From Eledone cirrhosa (taxonomy: Eukaryota), in contig OZ024763.1 in assembly GCA_964016885.1 (NCBI GenBank), positions 23,312,001 to 23,376,000 on the forward strand: a DNA stretch of 64,000 bases, read 5' to 3'. This document shows positions 34,128 through 47,511 of this stretch, piece after piece; positions within the stretch are counted from its first letter, which is position 1; each line of letters opens with the position of its first letter. A program made the position numbers and the translations under genes. Under the pieces are notes generated by a model. The model was not told where the DNA came from, did not search any database, and was given only the letters and a program-made list of their open reading frames with translations.

Positions 34128-36614
34128 AATCAAGAGCGAAGATGTGGCCAGAGTACTGGCATCGAGGACGGCCTTGAACCAGTTTTTCGATGCAAAGCAC
34201 GAAGGCTGCGTCATTCGAAGTAAAATACGTGCTCTAGGTAATGAGAGGCCAAAGCCGTTGGCTGGGCCCGCGTGACAGAAGCTAAGAGTGGAAATCGATC
34301 CACCATCCGGTCATTGCAAGACGAGGATGGACGGGTGATCCGGGAGCCTAAGCAGATGTGCGAGGCCTTTCAAAGGCACTTTGCCCGATTATTCGGGGGA
34401 GGCGAGGGTCCGGGCGGGGACGTGGATTTCGGTCCATACCTCGACGGCCTGCCGCGTCTCTCGAGCGAAGAGGCAGAGTCCTGCGAGGGACCAATCTCGG
34501 CTGATGAGATCGGGGATGCGCTGAGCCAATGCAGCAGACGCAAATCTCCAGGTCTCGATGGTATACCTTACGAACTTTATTTAGCAATGCCGGTCTTCTT
34601 CTCCGAACTCCTCGAAGCGGTCTACTGCAATTGGCAGCAGAACGGGAGAATTCCTTGTTCTGTAGCCAAGGGCGTAGTCTCGCTGGTGAGGAAGGACGAG
34701 ATCAAGGGGGATAGTATAAATAATTTTCGGCCCATAACCCTGCTAAACACAGAGTTAAAGATTTTGGCCAAGGTGTTAGCAAAGAGGTTGGCGCTTGTCG
34801 TGGGTAGCCTGGTGGGAGATGCGCAGACATGTGCTATCCCATCCAGGTCCATTCACGATAACCTCCACCTCATGCGATACATCATAGAGAGGGTTGGCAA
34901 CAAACCCGGCTTCGGTGGGGCCCTGATCAACTTGTATCAGTCTAAGGCCTTTGATAGGGTCGACCATGGTTACCTGGATGCGGTGCTAGCGGCGGCTGAG
35001 TTCGGTCCTGTTTTCAGAGGCTGGATCACTGCCTTACATAGCAACCACATCTGTTCTAGGATCAAGGTGAACGGCTACTTTTCGAAGCCGTTCGAAATCA
35101 CACGATCCATTCGACAGGGGTGCCCTCTCTCCTCCCTTCTGTACGTATTGACTCTCGAGCCTTTACTGAGGAAGTTGGAGTTGTTGCAGGGTATCCCTCT
35201 GGAACCAGGATTGAGCAAAGCGGTGTCGGCCTACGCTGATGACGTAACAGTAATGGTATTAACCGACTCGGAGATCGAGGCGATCGGTACCTTACTGGAG
35301 GATTACGAAAGGTTGTCAGGAGCGAAACTGAACCGGGAAAAATCCATCGGGCTGCAACTCGGAACGTGGAGAGGCAGACCGATGCCTCCCAACGGTGTCG
35401 TCGGACACTGGACGGAGGGCTCGGTAAAGTTGCTTGGGGTCTGGTTTGGACCGGACCTCCAGGTGGAAAAGAACTGGGACGAGGTTACGAACAAGGTGTT
35501 TGCACTAACCCAGAAATGGGCCAAGTGTAAGCTGTCCCTAAAAGGCCGGGCGGAGGTGGCGAACATTTACATAGCGTCCGTCACTTACTACCGCCTGACT
35601 GTTGTGCCTTGCCCTAAGGAAACACTCACCACCATGGAACGCATGCTCTTCCAATTTCTTTGGAAGAAGCGCCCTCCTATGGTGAGAAGATCCATCTGCT
35701 GCCAACAACCTTCGAAAGGAGGGCTGGGGATGCCGTGGTTGATGATACGTAGGCACGCATTAAGGCTACGGCACCTACAGGTATTCCTCACTGGTCAACC
35801 GGTGTGGGCTCCGTTCGTGAAACGAGCCTTTCCGAGACTCGTCTCGCTCACCGAGCTGCAGTCCTCGGTCAAGCAAAGATCCGGAAAACTGGGAGACTGG
35901 CACACTGAGTGTGCTCAGGCGCTCAGGGCTCTCTGGCAAGCGGGCCAGGCCATCGGTGGAGAATCCACCTCATCATTCTATAGAGGGCTGGTGGCTAGCA
36001 GGGGCGATGACACCCTTGGAGAGTCGCTGGACATGGAAGAGGACGAACTGGCCAGCCTGTTCGGTAGGACTTTCGGCCCGGGACCAATGGACAACTTCCA
36101 GAAGTCACTAGCCTGGCATTGCTACCGGGGGGCTCTACCCGTTCGAGAGAGGCTCTACAGAAACGGGCGCCCGGGCAGGGATCCCTCGAAAAAGATTTGC
36201 CCTAAATGCGTGCGTCACGAAGAAACCGTTGAGCACGCATTGGTGCAATGTCCGGGTGTGGCTGATCTGTGAGGCTACGCCGAACGACTGCTGTCGCGGG
36301 TGGCGCCGATTCGATTGACCGCCGAGTCCGTGATGACAATCAAACCGCCTCCCCTCTTCACAAAGGAAGCAAAGGCGGTTTTTCTGTGCGTAATAGCCAT
36401 GTTGAAAGAGGTTGTTTGGTGGACACGATTGAAAGGTCTGAGGTCAGGCAACTTCCTCTCTGGCCATAGTCTGGTCTACTTCTTCCGATATCACTTCGGA
36501 AGAAGGATAAGAATGGGGAGAGAGGTGCTTGGCCACAGCCAGTTTTATGAAAGGTGGGTGATAGTGGCGAGAATGGCTCGTGTAAATGGGCCTTCTCTGT
36601 ATACCATCCTGTAG
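34128..36614 (+). pseudogene. Tx1-type ORF2 (RT plus C-terminal CCHC finger), 5'-truncated, one frameshift and one stop
   Basis: KSPGLDG, FRPITLLN, KAFDRVDH, RQGCPLS, AYADD, GGLGMP, CPKC..ETVEHALVQC. TGA at 36270-36272 where the sister copy has TGG. Confidence 0.9.
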
Positions 36615-36984
36615 GTAAAGAAGTGAAGGAGAGGGGAGCACCTTCTCCATGTGCTCCCCGGGCAAAGGATTGCACACTTTTTCGGGGGTGTGTGCAACCC
36701 CCATCACGTCCCCTCCCTTTTGAGGTTGTTTTCGATTATTTTCATTCTATACCCTTTTTACTCGATTGTATGTAAACTCCCCCTTTGTATTTGTCCCTTC
36801 TTTTTATGCCTTTATGGTAAATAAAGAAATATATCTATCTGTCTGTCTGTCTGTCTATCTGTCTGTCTGCCTGCCTATCTGTCTACCTATCTTTGTCCCA
36901 CTTTTGATGCCCTGGTGGCAAATAAAAGAAATATATCTATCTATCCATCTGTCAGTTTATCTATCTATCCATCTGTCAGTCTAT

Positions 36985-38932
36985 GAGAATTCCCAGTTCT
37001 GTGACCAGGGGCGTAGTCACACTAGTCATGAGGGATGAGAATAAGGGGGATGACATAGGCAACTTCCGGCCCATAACTCTGCTAAACACAGAGTTACAGA
37101 TTTTGGCCAAGGTGTTGGCAAAGAGGCTGGCGCTTGTCGTCGAGAACCTGGTGGGAGAAGCGCAGACATGCGCAATCCCGACCAGGTCCATACACGACAA
37201 CTTCCACCTCATGCGATACATCATAGAGAGGGTAGGGTATAAACCCGGCTTCGGTGGGGCTCTGATCAACTTGGATCAGTCTAAGGCTTTCGATAGGGTT
37301 GACCATCGTTACCTGGATGCGGTGCTCGAGGCGGCAGGCTTCGGACCCGTGTTCAGGGTCTGGACTCCTGCAATGCACAACAGCAACATCTGCTCAAGGG
37401 TCAAGGTGAACGGCTACCTCTCGGAGCCGTTCCATATTACGTGATCCATTCAACAGGGATGCCATCTCTCCTCCCTTCTGTACGTACTGACTCTCGAGCC
37501 ACTACTGCGGAAGTTGGAGCTATTGCAGGGCATCCCTCTGGAACCAGGACTGCGGAAAGCGGCATCGGCCTATGCCGACGACGTGACAGTAATGGTGTCG
37601 AGCGCCTCGCAAATCGAGGTAGTCGGCACCTTACTGAAGGAATACGAAAGTTTCACAGGAGCGAAGCTGAACCGGGACAAGTCCATCGGTTTGCAACTCG
37701 GATCGTGGACAGGCAAACCGATGCCTTCCGATGGCGTCGTCGGACGCTGGACGGAAGGACCGGTAAAGCTGTTCGGGGTCTGGTTTGGTCCGGACCTCCA
37801 GGTGGAGAAGAACTGGAACGAGGTGACGGCCAAGGTGTTTGCACTCACCCAGAAGTGGGCCGAGTGCAAACTATCCTTGAAAGGTCGAGCAGAGGTGGCA
37901 AACACTTTTATAGCGTCCGCCATCTACTACCGCTTGACCGTCGTGCCTTGTCCAGCCAAAATGGAGCGCGCTTTCCAACTCCTTTGGAAGAGGTGGGCTC
38001 TTTGGTGAGAAGATGCATCTGCTGCCAACACCCTTCCAACGGAGGGCTGGGGATGCCGTGGCTGACGATGCGCAAACACGCGCTCAGACTGCAGCATCTC
38101 TACGTATTCCTCACCGAACAACCGGTGTGGGCCCCATTTGTGAGGCGAGCCTTCCCACGTCTCGTCTCGCTGACCGAGCTGCAGTCCTGGGTCAAGCAAA
38201 GACCGAGGAAAATGGGCGACTGGCACATTGAATGTGCTCAGGCACACACAGCCCTCTGGCAGGCGGACCTGGCAATCAGTGGAGACTCCACTTCGTCATT
38301 CTATAGAGGGTTGATCCGCAGCAAGTGTGACGACGCGCTCGGTGAAACTCTAGGCGTAGAGGAAGATGAACTGGCCAGTCTGTTCGGTAGGACCTTCCGC
38401 CCGGTACCGATGGACAACTTCCAAAAGTCCCTGGCCTGACAGTGTTACCGAGGAACTCTACCAGTTCGAGACAAGCTCTACAGACATGGGCGCCCGGGCA
38501 GGGACCCTGCAAAAAAGATCTGCCCGAGGTGCGTGCGAGACGAAGAAACCGTTGCGTACGCATTCATACACTGCCCGGGCGTCACCGACCTGTGGGACTA
38601 TGTAGAACGACTATTGTCGCGCATGGGATCAATCCGGTTGACCACCGAGTCCATTGTCATGATCAAACCGCCACCCTCCTTCAAAAACGAAGGAGAGGCG
38701 GTTTTCCTTTGTGTGATAGTTATGGCAAAAGAGGTTGTATGGTGGACAAGGTTGAAAGGGCTGAGGTCAGACACCTTTCTCTCCGGCCAACAACTGATTC
38801 TTTTTTTCAAATACCACTTTAGAAGAAGAATCAGGATAGAGAGAGAGGTGCTGTACCCCAGCAAGTTTTATGAAAGGTGAAAGTGGCGAGAATGGCCCGA
38901 GTGAATGGGCCTTCTCTCTATATCAGCCTGTA
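36985..38932 (+). pseudogene. Second Tx1-type ORF2 copy, frameshifted
   Basis: ORFs 36983-37444, 37514-38008, the end of 37441-38439 and 38533-38880 align to the 34272-36614 protein. Confidence 0.88.
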
Positions 38933-40132
38933 GGTTGAGGAAAAGGAGGAGGAGAGGAAAGGAGTACAAACTCTTCGTACTCCTGGAGATGAGGGTTGCA
39001 CATTTTTTCGGGGGTATGTGTTACCCATATGAACTGTCTCCCCCTATTGGGGAAAATCGACTAATTTTTAAATTGCATTTGTGATAATATTTAACACGTT
39101 TTTATTGTATGTAAACTTCCCCCTTTGTATTTGTCCCCTTCTTTTGTGCCCCTGTGGCTAATAAAGAAACATATCTATCTCCCAACCGGTGAGGACATTG
39201 TTTGTGAAACAGGCCTTCCTGCAACTTGTCTCGCTGACGGAGCTGCAGTCCTGGGTCAAGCAGAGACCGAAGAAGATGGGCGACTGGCACATTGAATGCG
39301 CTCAGGCGCTCACAGTCCTCTGTCAAGTGGGCACGGCAATCAGTGGAGACTCCACTTCGACATTCTATAGAGGGTTAGTACGTTACAAGGGCGACGACGT
39401 GCTCGGAGAGACTCTAGGCGTCGAAGGCGACGAATTCACCAGTCTGTTTGGAAGGACTTTCCGCCCGGGACCTATGGACAACTTCCAGAGGTCCCTGGCC
39501 TGGAAGTGCTACTGAGCAGACGCCCCCGGCAGGGATCCTTCCAAGAGCACGTGTCCAAGATGCGCGCAGGACATTGAAACAGTCCGACCCGTGGAACTAT
39601 GCAAAACAACTGCTGTCGCGCATGGGACAAATCCAGTTGACTGCCGAGTCCATAGTAAGGATCAAACCGCCAGCCTCTTTCAAAAACGAAAGAGCGGCAG
39701 TTTTCCTCTGTACGGTGGCTATGGTGAAAGAATTTATATGGTGGACGAGGTTGAGAGGACTGAGGACAGATGCCTTTCCCTCCAGATAACAATTGATTCC
39801 CTTCTTTAAATATCACTTTAGAAGGAGAATCAGGGTGGAGAGAGAGGCACTGCACCCCAGTAAATTTACTGAAAGGTGGGTGAATGAAGCGAAAATGGCC
39901 CGAGTGATTGGGCCTTCCCTGTTTATAAGCCTGTAGGTTGAGGAAGAGAGCAAAGGAAGAAGGGAACACTTGCACAACACGCTCCTGAAGTTGAGGGCTG
40001 TTCTATCTACGGGGTATTAAACAACCCATTTGTGGCGCCTCTCCCCTATTGGGGATTTTGATTGTTATAATTGTTTGTTTCAATATTTTTACACAACTGT
40101 ATGTAAAATCCCCGGCATATGTCTTTGTTTTG

Positions 40133-41007
40133 GGCATACGTCAAGACGGGAGGTCAGGAAAGTGAAAGTAATTTTTGACACTGAATTTGTTTTTTTGTTT
40201 TTTTTACAACAGGTCTCAATAGTGAAAGTTACGATACACACGCAATTGTATGGATTTCTTAATATATATATATGTGTGGGTGTGTATATGTGTGTATATA
40301 TATGTGTGTCTGTATGTATATATATATGTGTGTTTGTATATATATATGTGTTTGTGTCATCATCATCGTTTAACGTCTATCTTCCACGCAAGCATGGGTT
40401 TCTGACCCAAATCCCTTATCATTCTCTGTCCTTCTTATGACCCGACCTTAATTTCTTTGGGGACAGAGAGTTGGTGCAAACAAGTTTGGCTAGATGTACA
40501 AACACATATATACACACAAACATATATATACGTCTAGACCCATGCTTGCATGGAAGATAGACGTTAAACGATGATGATGACACAAACATATATATATACA
40601 AACACACATATATATATACATACAGACACACATATATATACACACATATACACACCCACACATATATATATTAAGAAATCCATACAATTGCGTGTGTATC
40701 GTAACTCATTATTGAGACCTGTTGTAAGGGCGGTGGATTGGCAGTATCGGTAGAGGGTCGGACGCCATGCTTTCCAGCATAGTTACGTTCCTTTACGATC
40801 TGAGTTCAAATCCCGCCGAGGTTGACTTTGCCTTTCATCCTTACGGGGTCGATAAAATAAAGTACCAGTAAGTAATGCACTGGATAATTGCTGGCCTTGT
40901 GCCTAAAGTAGAAACAATTATTGAGACCTGTTGTAAAAAAAAAAATTAAAAAAATTCAGTGTCAAAAATTACTTTCACTTTCCTGACCTCCCGTCTTGAC
41001 GTATGCC
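40133..41007. mobile_element. Foldback / MULE-like non-autonomous element with ~270-bp TIRs and 9-bp TSD
   Basis: TSD TTTGTTTTG at 40124-40132 and 41008-41016. Termini GGCATACG...CGTATGCC. It interrupts a Tx1 3' UTR. Confidence 0.85.
40728..40919 (+). mobile_element. tRNA-derived SINE inserted in the right TIR
   Basis: Flanking duplication attattgagacctgttgtaa at 40708-40727 and 40917-40936. Confidence 0.9.
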
Positions 41008-41414
41008 TTTGTTTTGTCTCCTTTTCTTGTCCGCCTTTGTGGCAAATAAAGAAATATATCTATCTGTCTGTCTGTCTATTTCTCTCTTACTGTCTACATC
41101 TCTCCTTCAAGACCATTTTCTATTTTTGTCTACAGCCTCCTCTCTCTGCCATTTACGTTAACCTCACAATTTTACTCTTCCCCTCTCTCTGTCCCTACAT
41201 CCTGCTCTCTCTGTCCCTCACTTTAACTTGTCTTACTCCCTGACTTTAACCTCTCTTCTCTCTCTGTCTATATCCTACTCTCTATGTTTCTCTTACTCTG
41301 CCTATACCCTACTCTCTATGTTTCTCTTACTATGTCTATACTCTCTTTAAAATAGAAATAACAATAACATTCGATATGTCTGTATAGAATATATGACTAT
41401 ATATATATAGTTTA

Positions 41415-41472
<58 letters not shown>

Positions 41473-42169
41473 CGCCAGAGATTCGATTTTACTAAGTATC
41501 CAATTATATAACCAAGAGGGTGTGTGTTCAGATATAGCTGTGGAAACGACCAGTTTTCAGCCGTCGGGGTCCTGAATAATTTCGTGTATATATATATATA
41601 CACATACATACATAGTTTAAACACAATATATATATGTACATACATAGTTTAAACACAATATATATATGTACATACATACTTTAAACACAATATATATATA
41701 TATACATACATAGTTTAAACACAATATATATACATACATAGTTTAAACAATATATATTCATACATAAAATATTTAAAAAATAATGAATAAAACAAAGAAA
41801 CAGTTCCTTATATTAAACAAAAAAAGTTCATTTTAAGGAACTGTTTCTTTGTTTTATTCATTATTTTTTTAATATTTTATCTTGACTCTGTATTCCGTGA
41901 TTTTTGAATGCATCATATCCGGATTACATTGAGTTCTTCATACGGATTGGACACTACCGTAAACTTTTGGTAGATTTATCTACATATATTCATACATATA
42001 TAGTTTAAACACTATATATATATATATATACGCACACATATATATATACAGACAGTTTGTACGCAATGTATGGATTACACAGGACTATATATATATACAT
42101 GGTTTATACACCCTGTATAGAGTACACGGGAAAATATATACACACACAGTCTATACACGATATATTGGA

Positions 42170-42400
42170 ACTTTACCAGTTGCGACGACGAGCGTTTTAG
42201 TTGTATAAACAACATAGCAGCCGGCGATTGAAATTAACGTGCACATGGCTGAGTATTCCGTAGCCACTTAAAGGGATTTTACCTGACACAGTGTATAGCG
42301 AGGCTGGCCCTTTAAATTACAGGTATAACTTATTTATTTATCTACTTGGGTTGATTGAAGTAATGTGAAATAAAGTGTCTTGCTTAAGGACACAACACGC
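42170..42400 (-). mobile_element. Old CORE-type SINE lacking its head
   Basis: atgtgaaataaagtgtcttgcttaaggacacaac core with a different tail. Confidence 0.6.
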
Positions 42401-42819
42401 TGTATATACACACACACTTATATATATACACAAACATAAACAAACACACATATGTATATATACATACACATACATATAAATGTACACACATAAACAAACA
42501 CATATCTGTATATATACATACACACATACATATAAATGTACACAAACAAACACACATATATGTATATATACATACACATATATATATACACAAACATAAA
42601 CAAACACACATATGTATATATACATACACACAATGAACGAATGCGGACGTTTGTATTCGTCTTATTCGGGAAACCTCTGGTAATGAGGTAATTATACTGT
42701 ATTGTTTATTATACATTAAATATATATATATATATACGTTATTCCGGGTTGAATCGGAGGTAACCACAGTAAGTAAGGTACTCAATACATAGCAGAGTAT
42801 AACAGTTTTAATATAGATG

Positions 42820-42870
42820 AGATTCTACAGGACTAGAACTGTTTCATTCATTTGAAATCATCAGGAATCT
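42820..42870 (-). ncRNA. Type I hammerhead ribozyme motif
   Basis: Minus strand: AGAUUC-CUGAUGA-uuucaaaugaau-GAAA-CAG-uucuaguc-CUG-UA-GAAUCU. Stems I and III pair perfectly. Stem II is short and closed by U-U. Confidence 0.72.
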
Positions 42871-43494
42871 GGGTATCAAAAAATAAATATGGTATTTATA
42901 GGTCTCTACAAGTGGTAGGAGAGGGTGGGGAGTGGGATGGGTGCAGGTCATTGGTTGATACAAAAGGGAATTCATTAAAAGCTAATTCTACAAAGCTATA
43001 GTTTATTTTTATTTATTTATGTTTTTAGAGTAACAAGGGCAGACAGAATTCTATAAACAGGTTCCGGATGGCCTACCGTTCCTTGTCAATAAGTTTCTCT
43101 TAAGCTAACAGATGTCTATAAAATCAGTGGGGGGTCAGTCATAGTCAATAGAATTAAAGAAAAGGGAGATTCTTTAAAAGCTAAAGTCATTAAGGTTCTA
43201 CTAAGTGACAAAGGTCTAGAGAATTCTGCAGACAGATTCAAAATACTGAGTGCATATCTTACTATTATCTTCGAACTTCTCTTAAACTAATCAACTATAT
43301 GCCAAAAATCAACAGACACATTCACAAAAAAACAAAAAAACACATACTCACTCACACACTTACGCGCAACCATAAACACACACACAAACACATATACACA
43401 CATAAAAGCACACACATATATATATATAAAAATATATAAATATATATTCATGTACACACGTACATACAGACATACATACACACATACATATATA

Positions 43495-43529
<35 letters not shown>

Positions 43530-43536
43530 CATATAT

Positions 43537-43588
<52 letters not shown>

Positions 43589-43605
43589 ATATATACACAT
43601 ATATA

Positions 43606-45278
43606 CTAGGTGTTGACGAATGGCTTGTGAGAGCTATACAAGCCATGTATAAAGAAACAGTCAGTAAGGTTAGAATTAACAACGAATATAGTGAAGAGTT
43701 TAGCGTAAAAGTTGGTGTCCATCAGGGCTCTGTACTTAGCCCCCTACTATTTATTATTGCCCTTCAGGCTATAACAGAGGAGTTCAAGACCGGCTGCCCA
43801 TGGGAACTCCTATACGCAGATGATCTAACGCTCATAGCTGAATCAATGACCGAACTAGAGAAGAAATTCCAAACGTGGAAGCACGGCCTAGAATCAAAAG
43901 GCCTTAAAATTAACCTGGCTAAGACTAAAGTTCTAGTTTGTAGGAAAGAAAATAAGGCGGCGGTCCCATCGGGGAAATGGCCATGCTCAGTGTGTAGGAA
44001 AGGCGTAGGTAGAAACTCCATTTTATGTCCCAAATGCAAAGTATGGGTACATAAAAGATGTAGTGGGATCACAGGTAAGCTAACTAAGAACATAGATTTT
44101 ACATGTGGCCGGTGCTCTGGTGCAATAAGTAGCAGCAAGTGCCCACAAAATACTAGCTCCTTCAACTGCGCAGAGGGTTCTATAGAAATAGTGGACAGCT
44201 TCCGTTATCTGGGTGACAAAATCAGCAGTGGGGGAGGGTGCTCTGAAAGTACAGTAGCTAGAGTCAGAACTGGATGGAAAAAGTTCAGAGAGCTTATACC
44301 ACTATTAGCCGCTAGAGGGTTCTCCCTAAAAATGAAAGGCAGGTTATACGATGCCTGCATACGAACAGCAATGCTGCATGGCAGTGAGACCTGGGCATTG
44401 TGTGCAGAGGATATACGCAGACTAGAGAGGAACGAAGCTTGCATGCTCCGCTGGATGTGCAATAGTAATATACGTGAACGGCAAAGCATAAACGAACTAA
44501 GGAAAAAATTAGAAATAAGAGGGATCAGATGTTGTTTACTCGAGAGAAGGCTACGTTGGTACGGTCACGTGATGCGCATGAAAGACGACAGCTGTATAAC
44601 AAAGTGCAGGGCAATAAAGATAGACGGTAGCCACGGAGTAGGCAGACCCAGAAAAACATGGGACGAGCTGATAAATTCCGACCTCACACGCTTACACCTC
44701 TCCAAGACAATGTCACTGGACCGAGACCTTTGGCGGTACTCAGTAATAGAGAAGACCCGCCTTACCTAAATACAAAGTAAAAACCTACTACAGTCAGTAG
44801 GCACCTCTATCAAAACACACCCCCGTCCCACAACCTCCACCCCACCCACACCGCCCCTTTCAATGTAAAGTTATGTTGGTCCCACAACATCCAGGCCGAA
44901 ACAAATGAGATCGTGTAGGTGTCACGACAAAAAACACACAGTCCACGCTGTAAATGTGGCCGTGTAGGCAACACGGTAAAAACCTCCCAGCCCCACACTG
45001 TAAATGTGGTTGGTGTTAGGAAGGGCATCCAGCTGTAGAAAACCCGCCAGACAGTCCACGCTGTAATGTGGCCGTGTAGGCAACACGGTAAAAACCTCCC
45101 AGCCCCACACTGTAAATGTGGTTGGTGTTAGGAAGGGCATCCAACTGTAGAAAACCCGCCAGACAGTCCTATGCGAGCAAGACAACCACTCTTGCCTCAA
45201 GTGGGAAAACCCCCGTCCAAACCCATGCAAGCGTGGAACACGGACGCTAAACCTGATGATGATGATGATGATGATGAT
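43606..45278 (+). mobile_element. RTE family B, 5'-truncated; ORF 43627-44769
   Basis: [22 protein letters not shown]-like finger, 3' UTR and (GAT)n tail. Confidence 0.94.
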
Positions 45279-45288
45279 ACACACACAC

Positions 45289-45319
<31 letters not shown>

Positions 45320-45498
45320 CAAATACACACACACACACATACACATACATACACACACACGCACATATATATATACACAAATAAATACACTCACACGCAT
45401 ACATACAAACACGAATATACATGTATATACACACAAATACACATAGACATATATACATACACAAATATATATATATATATACATACATACATATATAT

Positions 45499-45594
<96 letters not shown>

Positions 45595-45626
45595 ACACAT
45601 ACATACATACACATACATATATACAC

Positions 45627-46973
45627 GTCCTGAAGGACGCAATTAACTTTGCCAGGAATTTTACCACCATTACCGATGCTGAGCAAGTTATTATCCTCCA
45701 CGCTCGTAAGACCTTTCTATACCACGATGGATCTTACTGGATCAACAAGAAATCTCAGACCCCATTTGACGTTAGCATGGGGGCGAGTGACTCGGCTGAA
45801 ATTAGCGACCTTGTGGGCCTGTACATCCTACATAACCTGAAGAACCTGAAGAACCTCTTTACCGGCCTAACTGGAGGTTTATACCGAGACGACGGCCTCT
45901 TCGCCCTGCATAAGGTTAGCCCCAGAACCACCGATGGGTTTCGGAAAAACTTAAGCTCTTTCTTCTCTAATCTAGGATTTAGTATAACTATAGATTCTAA
46001 TTTGACTAGGGCCAACTTCTTAGATGTCACTCTCGACCTAGATACTTCCCTCTATTACCCGTACCACAAACCTAACGAGTCCCTTAAATATATTAATGTT
46101 AATTCTAACCACCCCCAAAACATCACTGATAACCTAGTAAAAAGCGTCTCTATTAGAATATCTGGCCTCTCCGCCAACAAAGATATTTTTAATGCATCTG
46201 CCTCCTACTACAATGACGCCCTAGCCCGTAGCGGATTTAAAGATAAGATAACTTACCTAGAAACCACCGCAAGATTGCAGAGGAGGAATAGACATAGGCA
46301 GATTAGCTGGTACAACCCTCCCTTCAATAGAGAGGTATCTACTCCGATAGCTAGGATTTTCTTCACTTTACTGAAATTACACTTCCCCATACAACATAGG
46401 TACTACACCATCTTTAATAAGAACACTATAAGACTGTCTTACTCCACCACACCTAACCTAGCTAGGAATATAGCCAACCACAATTCTAAACTAAATAAGC
46501 CAACCAATCCCCGGACTGGGGCTCTATGTAATTGCCTAAATAAGGAAGCATGCCCACTTGAAAACAAATGCCTCACAAATGACATCGTATACAAATGCGA
46601 TGTCATCTCCGGCACCGAGGATTGCAAAAAAACTTACATCGGCATGATCTCCAACAACTTTAAGACCCGTTGGTATGCCCATACCCACTCCTTCAGAAGA
46701 CCGGATAAATCAAATCAGACAACACTCGCCTCCTACGTTTGGGACCTCAAAAGGAACTCCACCCCCTTCACGCTTAATTGGAAAATACTCCAGAAAGCGC
46801 GCTCATACAACGGAGGACACAAGGGCTGCGACCTTTGTATTTCAGAGAGCTACGAAATTTTATTCGCCAAGGGCCCGCTACTGAGCAAACTCTCTGAACA
46901 CTGCCTGAACTGCATGCACAAGAACTTTGCAACATTCAAACACTTTAAGCCAGTGTTAAAGCCCGATGGCTAA
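45627..46973 (+). CDS. Penelope-like (Naiad-type) RT plus GIY-YIG endonuclease, 5'-truncated but uninterrupted
   Basis: Frame open from 45627. Motifs [64 protein letters not shown] and CDLC..E. Confidence 0.9.
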   Translation, partial: VLKDAINFARNFTTITDAEQVIILHARKTFLYHDGSYWINKKSQTPFDVSMGASDSAEISDLVGLYILHNLKNLKNLFTGLTGGLYRDDGLFALHKVSPRTTDGFRKNLSSFFSNLGFSITIDSNLTRANFLDVTLDLDTSLYYPYHKPNESLKYINVNSNHPQNITDNLVKSVSIRISGLSANKDIFNASASYYNDALARSGFKDKITYLETTARLQRRNRHRQISWYNPPFNREVSTPIARIFFTLLKLHFPIQHRYYTIFNKNTIRLSYSTTPNLARNIANHNSKLNKPTNPRTGALCNCLNKEACPLENKCLTNDIVYKCDVISGTEDCKKTYIGMISNNFKTRWYAHTHSFRRPDKSNQTTLASYVWDLKRNSTPFTLNWKILQKARSYNGGHKGCDLCISESYEILFAKGPLLSKLSEHCLNCMHKNFATFKHFKPVLKPDG

Positions 46974-47146
46974 AAACGACCTCCCCCTATTGGCCCCTAT
47001 ACCTCCTCCCCACCCTACCCCCACCCCTCCTCAACCTGAAATACGGCCACTATGGTTGTATGTGTGTATATATGTGTGTGTATATATATATATATATATG
47101 TATATGTATGTGTGTGTGTGTATGTATGTATGTGTGTGCGTGTGTC

Positions 47147-47216
<70 letters not shown>

Positions 47217-47270
47217 GTTGTGTGGGCAGGTGTGTATATATATATATATATGAGTGTGTGTGTGTATTTG

Positions 47271-47307
<37 letters not shown>

Positions 47308-47332
47308 ATGTATGTGTGTGTGTATATGTATG

Positions 47333-47383
<51 letters not shown>

Positions 47384-47400
47384 ATATGTATATGTATGTG

Positions 47401-47431
<31 letters not shown>

Positions 47432-47511
47432 ATATATGTGTATATATATGTATATATATGTGTATGTGTATGTATGTGTGTGTATGTATGTGTATATATA
47501 TATATATATAT

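Larger units (their letters stand above)
33399..41054 (+). mobile_element. Head-to-tail array of six 5'-truncated Tx1/L1-clade LINE copies separated by (TATC)n
   Basis: Copies at about 33399-33660, 33737-34104, 34128-36829, 36891-36931, 36985-39169 and 39182-41054. Each ends aataaa(a)gaaa and runs into TATC/TGTC repeats. Confidence 0.9.

Noticed and set aside
45627-46973. Possible selenoprotein-type Naiad
   Set aside because: No in-frame TGA in the retained frame, the conserved positions are ordinary cysteines, and no SECIS was evident.
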